DNA of 48,664 nucleotides from a virus (Duplodnaviria; Heunggongvirae; Uroviricota; Caudoviricetes): IMG/VR virus record IMGVR_UViG_3300029686_000225; one strand, 5' to 3'. Shown piece by piece: positions 44,953 to 48,664 of this stretch (position 1 is its first letter; each line of letters starts with the position of its first letter). The notes under the pieces were generated by a model. It saw only the letters and a program-made list of their open reading frames with translations, ran no database searches and was not told where the DNA came from. The position numbers and the translations under genes were made by a program.

Positions 44953-47358
44953 ATGAGTAAAGTCTTTATTTGCGCCGCCATTCCGGACGAACAGGCAATA
45001 AAGGAAGAAGGTGCAGTTGCTGTAGCCACTGCCATTGAAGCCGGTGACGAACGCCGCGCCCGTGCCAAATTTACCTGGCAATTCCTGGAGCAATATCCGG
45101 CTGCTCAGGACTGCGCTTATAAATTTCTTGTCTGCGAGGATAAACCCGGCATGCCCCGCCCTGCTATCGACTCCTGGGATACCGAATATATGCAGGAAAA
45201 CCGCTGGGATGAGGAATCCGCTTCCTTTATTCCGGTCGAACCAGAATCCGATCCGATGAACGTCAATTTTGACAAGCTGTCCCTTGAAGTACAGAACGCG
45301 GTCCTGGTTAAGTTCGGTACATGTGAAAACATCACCGTTGATATGGTGATTAGTGCACAGGAATTGTTGCAGGAGGACATGGCAACATTCGACGGGCATA
45401 TCATTGAGGCATTGATGAAAATGCCTGAAGTTAACGTCATGTATTCAGAACTAAAGCTGCTCGCCATCGGGTGGGTTAAACATAAATGTAAGCCGGGTGC
45501 AAAATGGCCTGAGATCCAGACAGAATTGCGCACCTGGAAAAAACGTCGCGAAGCCGAACGCAAAGAAACCGGGAAATACACGTCTGTTGTTGATCTTGCC
45601 CGCGCCAGAGTCAACCGGCAGCACACTGAAAACTCAGCAAGAAAAATCAACCCCGCCACTGCCGCCATTCGTCGCGAATACAAGCAGACATGGAAAACGC
45701 TGGATGAAGAACTGGCTTACGCTCTGTGGCCTGGCGATATTAATGCCGGAAACATTGACGGCAGCATCCATCGCTGGGCAAAAAATGAAGTTATCGACAA
45801 AGATCGCGAAGACTGGAAGCGCATTTCCGCATCAATGCGCAAACAACCTGATGCCGTTCGCTACGACCGTCAGACTATTTTTGGCCTTGTCCGCGAGCGT
45901 CCGATCGACATTCACAAAGATCCCGTGGCACTGAACAAATACATCACTGGATACTTGGCGACAAAGGGCGTGTTTGAGGATGAAGAAACAGACCAGAACA
46001 CTGCTGATATTCTCCAGCCGTCAGCAGCACAAACTGATGCAGTGGAAACTGAAGTATCTGATACCCAAAAAAATGAAAGCACGCTGGAAACTGAACCATC
46101 TGTAGAGCGTGAGGGTCCGTTCTACTTCCTTTTCACCGATAAGGATGGCGAAAAATATGGTCGTGCAAACAAACTTTCTGGTCTGAATAAGGCGCTGGCT
46201 GCAGGGGCTACTGAAATCACGAAAGAAGAATATTTTGCCCGCAAAAACGGTACATACTCAGATTCACAACAAAATACTGGTACATCTGACACGATCGCAC
46301 AACCAGAGCCGGTAAAAGTTACCGCTGACGAAGTAAACAAAATTATGCAGGCAGCCAATATCAGCCAGCCTGACGCCGATAAGTTGCTTGCTGTATCACG
46401 TGGTGAATTTGTTGCAGGGATTAGCGACCCGAATGATCCGAAATGGGTGAAGGGGATTGAAACCCGCGATTCAGTGAATCAGAACCAGCAAGAAACGGAA
46501 CAGAACGACCAGAAAGCGGAAAAAGTCTGCACCGCCTGCGGTCAGACCGGCGGTGACAACTGCCCTGATTGTGGCGCGGTGATGGGCGCCGCAACATACC
46601 AGGAAACATTCGATGAAGAGAATCAAGTTGAAGTTCAGGAAAATGATCCGGAGGAGATGGAAGGCGCTGAACATCCACACAAGGAGAATGCTGACAGCTA
46701 TCAGGACCACGCCAGCGATAATGAAACTGGCGAGGCGGCAGATCCCTTAATTAATGTGAACGGTCATCACGTTATCACATCCACCAGCAGAGTGTGGTAC
46801 CACCTGATGATCGACCTTGAAACAATGGGAACCAACACCAATGCGCCCATCGTGGTTATTGGTGCGGTTTTCTTCGACCCACAAACAGGGGAAATCGGGC
46901 CAGTATTTTATATCGTTATCAGTCTGACTGACGCAATGAATACAGGGGCTGTTCCTGACGGTGGAACCATCGAATGGTGGCTGAAGCAGTCCAGTGAAGC
47001 CAGAGCTGCCATTTTAACAGACCAGGTAAAACTGAAGGATGTCCTTTCGCGGTTTCGGGAGTTCATCAACGAATACTCAGATGAAAAATTCGTTCAGGTA
47101 TGGGGTAATGGTGCAACTTTCGATAACGCAATTTTGCGCACCTCATACGAACGTCTGGACATCCCCTGCCCGTGGCGCTACCACAACGATCGCGATGTAC
47201 GCACAATCGTTGAGCTGGGAAAAACAATCGACTTTGATGCCAGAACCGTTATTCCATTCGAAGGCGTGCGCCACAATGCACTGGATGACGCCCGTCACCA
47301 GGCGAAATACGTTTCAGCTATCTGGCAAAAACTGATCCCGAATCCGGTTGATTTTTAA
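44953..47358 (+). CDS. large exonuclease with C-terminal DnaQ-like 3'-5' exonuclease domain
   Basis: 801 aa; Exo motifs [32 protein letters not shown] in the last 170 aa; long acidic N-terminal region. Confidence 0.7.
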   Translation: MSKVFICAAIPDEQAIKEEGAVAVATAIEAGDERRARAKFTWQFLEQYPAAQDCAYKFLVCEDKPGMPRPAIDSWDTEYMQENRWDEESASFIPVEPESDPMNVNFDKLSLEVQNAVLVKFGTCENITVDMVISAQELLQEDMATFDGHIIEALMKMPEVNVMYSELKLLAIGWVKHKCKPGAKWPEIQTELRTWKKRREAERKETGKYTSVVDLARARVNRQHTENSARKINPATAAIRREYKQTWKTLDEELAYALWPGDINAGNIDGSIHRWAKNEVIDKDREDWKRISASMRKQPDAVRYDRQTIFGLVRERPIDIHKDPVALNKYITGYLATKGVFEDEETDQNTADILQPSAAQTDAVETEVSDTQKNESTLETEPSVEREGPFYFLFTDKDGEKYGRANKLSGLNKALAAGATEITKEEYFARKNGTYSDSQQNTGTSDTIAQPEPVKVTADEVNKIMQAANISQPDADKLLAVSRGEFVAGISDPNDPKWVKGIETRDSVNQNQQETEQNDQKAEKVCTACGQTGGDNCPDCGAVMGAATYQETFDEENQVEVQENDPEEMEGAEHPHKENADSYQDHASDNETGEAADPLINVNGHHVITSTSRVWYHLMIDLETMGTNTNAPIVVIGAVFFDPQTGEIGPVFYIVISLTDAMNTGAVPDGGTIEWWLKQSSEARAAILTDQVKLKDVLSRFREFINEYSDEKFVQVWGNGATFDNAILRTSYERLDIPCPWRYHNDRDVRTIVELGKTIDFDARTVIPFEGVRHNALDDARHQAKYVSAIWQKLIPNPVDF

Positions 47359-47424
47359 TGTTCAACCCTGATCGCCGTCTCCGAATTATATTGGCGGCGG
47401 TCATGCTGTAAGGCACGTGACCAC

Positions 47425-47676
47425 ATGTACGAATTAACTCTATCGCCAGCAGAGATTCAAGAGATCACGAAATACGAGCGATACACAAAACAGCAACACC
47501 AGTTAAGGCTGCACGGCATCCCATTTGTAATCGGTCCTAAAAACGAACCAATAGTTCTTCGCAGGGATATTCCACACGGACTGACAACGATGCCAAAAGC
47601 ACCTGAGCTGGTTTCCGCTGAACCCGATTTTGAGGCTCTGAACAATGGGAAGACCAAGAAAAAACAAAAAAGATAA
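47425..47676 (+). CDS. putative excisionase
   Basis: 83-aa basic protein immediately upstream of and overlapping the integrase gene. Confidence 0.5.
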   Translation: MYELTLSPAEIQEITKYERYTKQQHQLRLHGIPFVIGPKNEPIVLRRDIPHGLTTMPKAPELVSAEPDFEALNNGKTKKKQKR

Positions 47677-48664
47677 TGCACTACCACCGCGTGTTAGATC
47701 GAATGGTTACAGTTACGTATGGAAACCCGAAGGAAGCACAAGAACTATAGGGCTCGGAAGAGTGCGGGAAACCAGCGTAGCTAAAGTCTGGCAAAATTAT
47801 GAGCTGGAAAAAGCAAAACTCCACAACATAATGACAGTAGCTAAATTATGGCACATGTTTATGGACTCCCCTGCATTTACAGAGCTGGCACCCAGAACCC
47901 AAAAAGATTATCGGCAACATCAAAGGGCGTTGCTGGCGGTATTCGGTAAAGTGCTTGCTGATAATGTAAAAATTGAGCAGGTAAGAATTTTCATGGATAA
48001 GCGGGGACTTGAGAGCAAGACCCAGGCAAACCATGAACTGGCAAGTCTGAGTCGCGTATACGGATGGGGATATGAGCGTGGGTATGTGAAAAATAATCCA
48101 TGTAAAGGAGTGAGAAAATTCACGCTTAAAGCCCGTACTGTTTACATCACCGATGAACAGTATGCTGCGATATATGCGGAAGCAATTCCACAGTTACGTA
48201 TTGCAATGGAGATATCCTATCTCTGTGCGGCAAGGCTCGGTGATGTGCTCGAGCTGAAATGGCAGGATATTATGGATAAAGGGATTTACATTGAGCAAAA
48301 CAAGACCGGCACTAAACAAATCAAGGAATGGTCTCCGCGATTACGTACGGCGATCCAGTTAGCCCGAAATGTATCTTCCGGCACATGCGAGTATGTGATC
48401 AACACAACCAAAGGCGGGAAGGTAATAGCCAAGACGCTGAACAACTGGTGGAATCAGGCTAAACGTGCAGCCGAGCAAAAAGCCGGCGTTCCGTTTGGGT
48501 GCAACTTCCATGACATAAAAGCCAAAGGGATTTCAGATTACGAAGGCAGCAGTCGCGACAAACAAATTTTCAGTGGACACAAAACAGAAAATCAGGTGTT
48601 GATTTACGATCGTAAAACCAAAATCACCCCAACACTGGATTTGCCGCTTGTGGTCAGTAAGTAG
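47645..48664 (+). CDS. int: tyrosine integrase of the prophage
   Basis: 339 aa; C-terminal catalytic pattern with conserved His and Tyr; terminal gene of the prophage. Confidence 0.85.
   Translation: MGRPRKNKKDNALPPRVRSNGYSYVWKPEGSTRTIGLGRVRETSVAKVWQNYELEKAKLHNIMTVAKLWHMFMDSPAFTELAPRTQKDYRQHQRALLAVFGKVLADNVKIEQVRIFMDKRGLESKTQANHELASLSRVYGWGYERGYVKNNPCKGVRKFTLKARTVYITDEQYAAIYAEAIPQLRIAMEISYLCAARLGDVLELKWQDIMDKGIYIEQNKTGTKQIKEWSPRLRTAIQLARNVSSGTCEYVINTTKGGKVIAKTLNNWWNQAKRAAEQKAGVPFGCNFHDIKAKGISDYEGSSRDKQIFSGHKTENQVLIYDRKTKITPTLDLPLVVSK

Overview
The window is an enterobacterial (E. coli-like) lambdoid prophage with HK97-type head genes and lambda-like tail genes, read almost entirely on the minus strand. 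From right to left: integrase/excisionase, a Qin/Rac-like early-left operon (exonuclease, ydfD, dicB, DicF-like RNA, ydfCBA), cI/cro immunity region, ydaT, replication gene, a nin-region cargo pair (GHKL ATPase-nuclease plus C5-cytosine methyltransferase), DUF968, rusA, Q-like antiterminator, AraC-family regulator, a tRNA cluster, lysis cassette, HNH, TerS, TerL, portal, protease, capsid, connectors, and tail genes (major tail, G/GT frameshift chaperone, tape measure, M, L). The main observation is that the prophage terL gene is split in two (10531-11256 and 26211-27238) by a ~15-kb integrated element (11261-26224) bounded by a short imperfect direct repeat. That element carries its own tyrosine integrase, two AlpA regulators, a Bro-N protein, a primase-helicase with an iteron origin, SSB, a ProQ/FinO-like protein and a complete head-only packaging module (capsid, protease, portal, connector, HNH, TerS, TerL), but no tail genes. 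It therefore looks like a capsid-forming phage satellite (cf-PICI-like) nested inside the packaging gene of its presumptive helper. All calls rest on reading the six-frame translations and the DNA by eye; no database search or RNA folding was run, so family names are recognition-based and start codons are estimates (the ORF track shows non-ATG starts as M).
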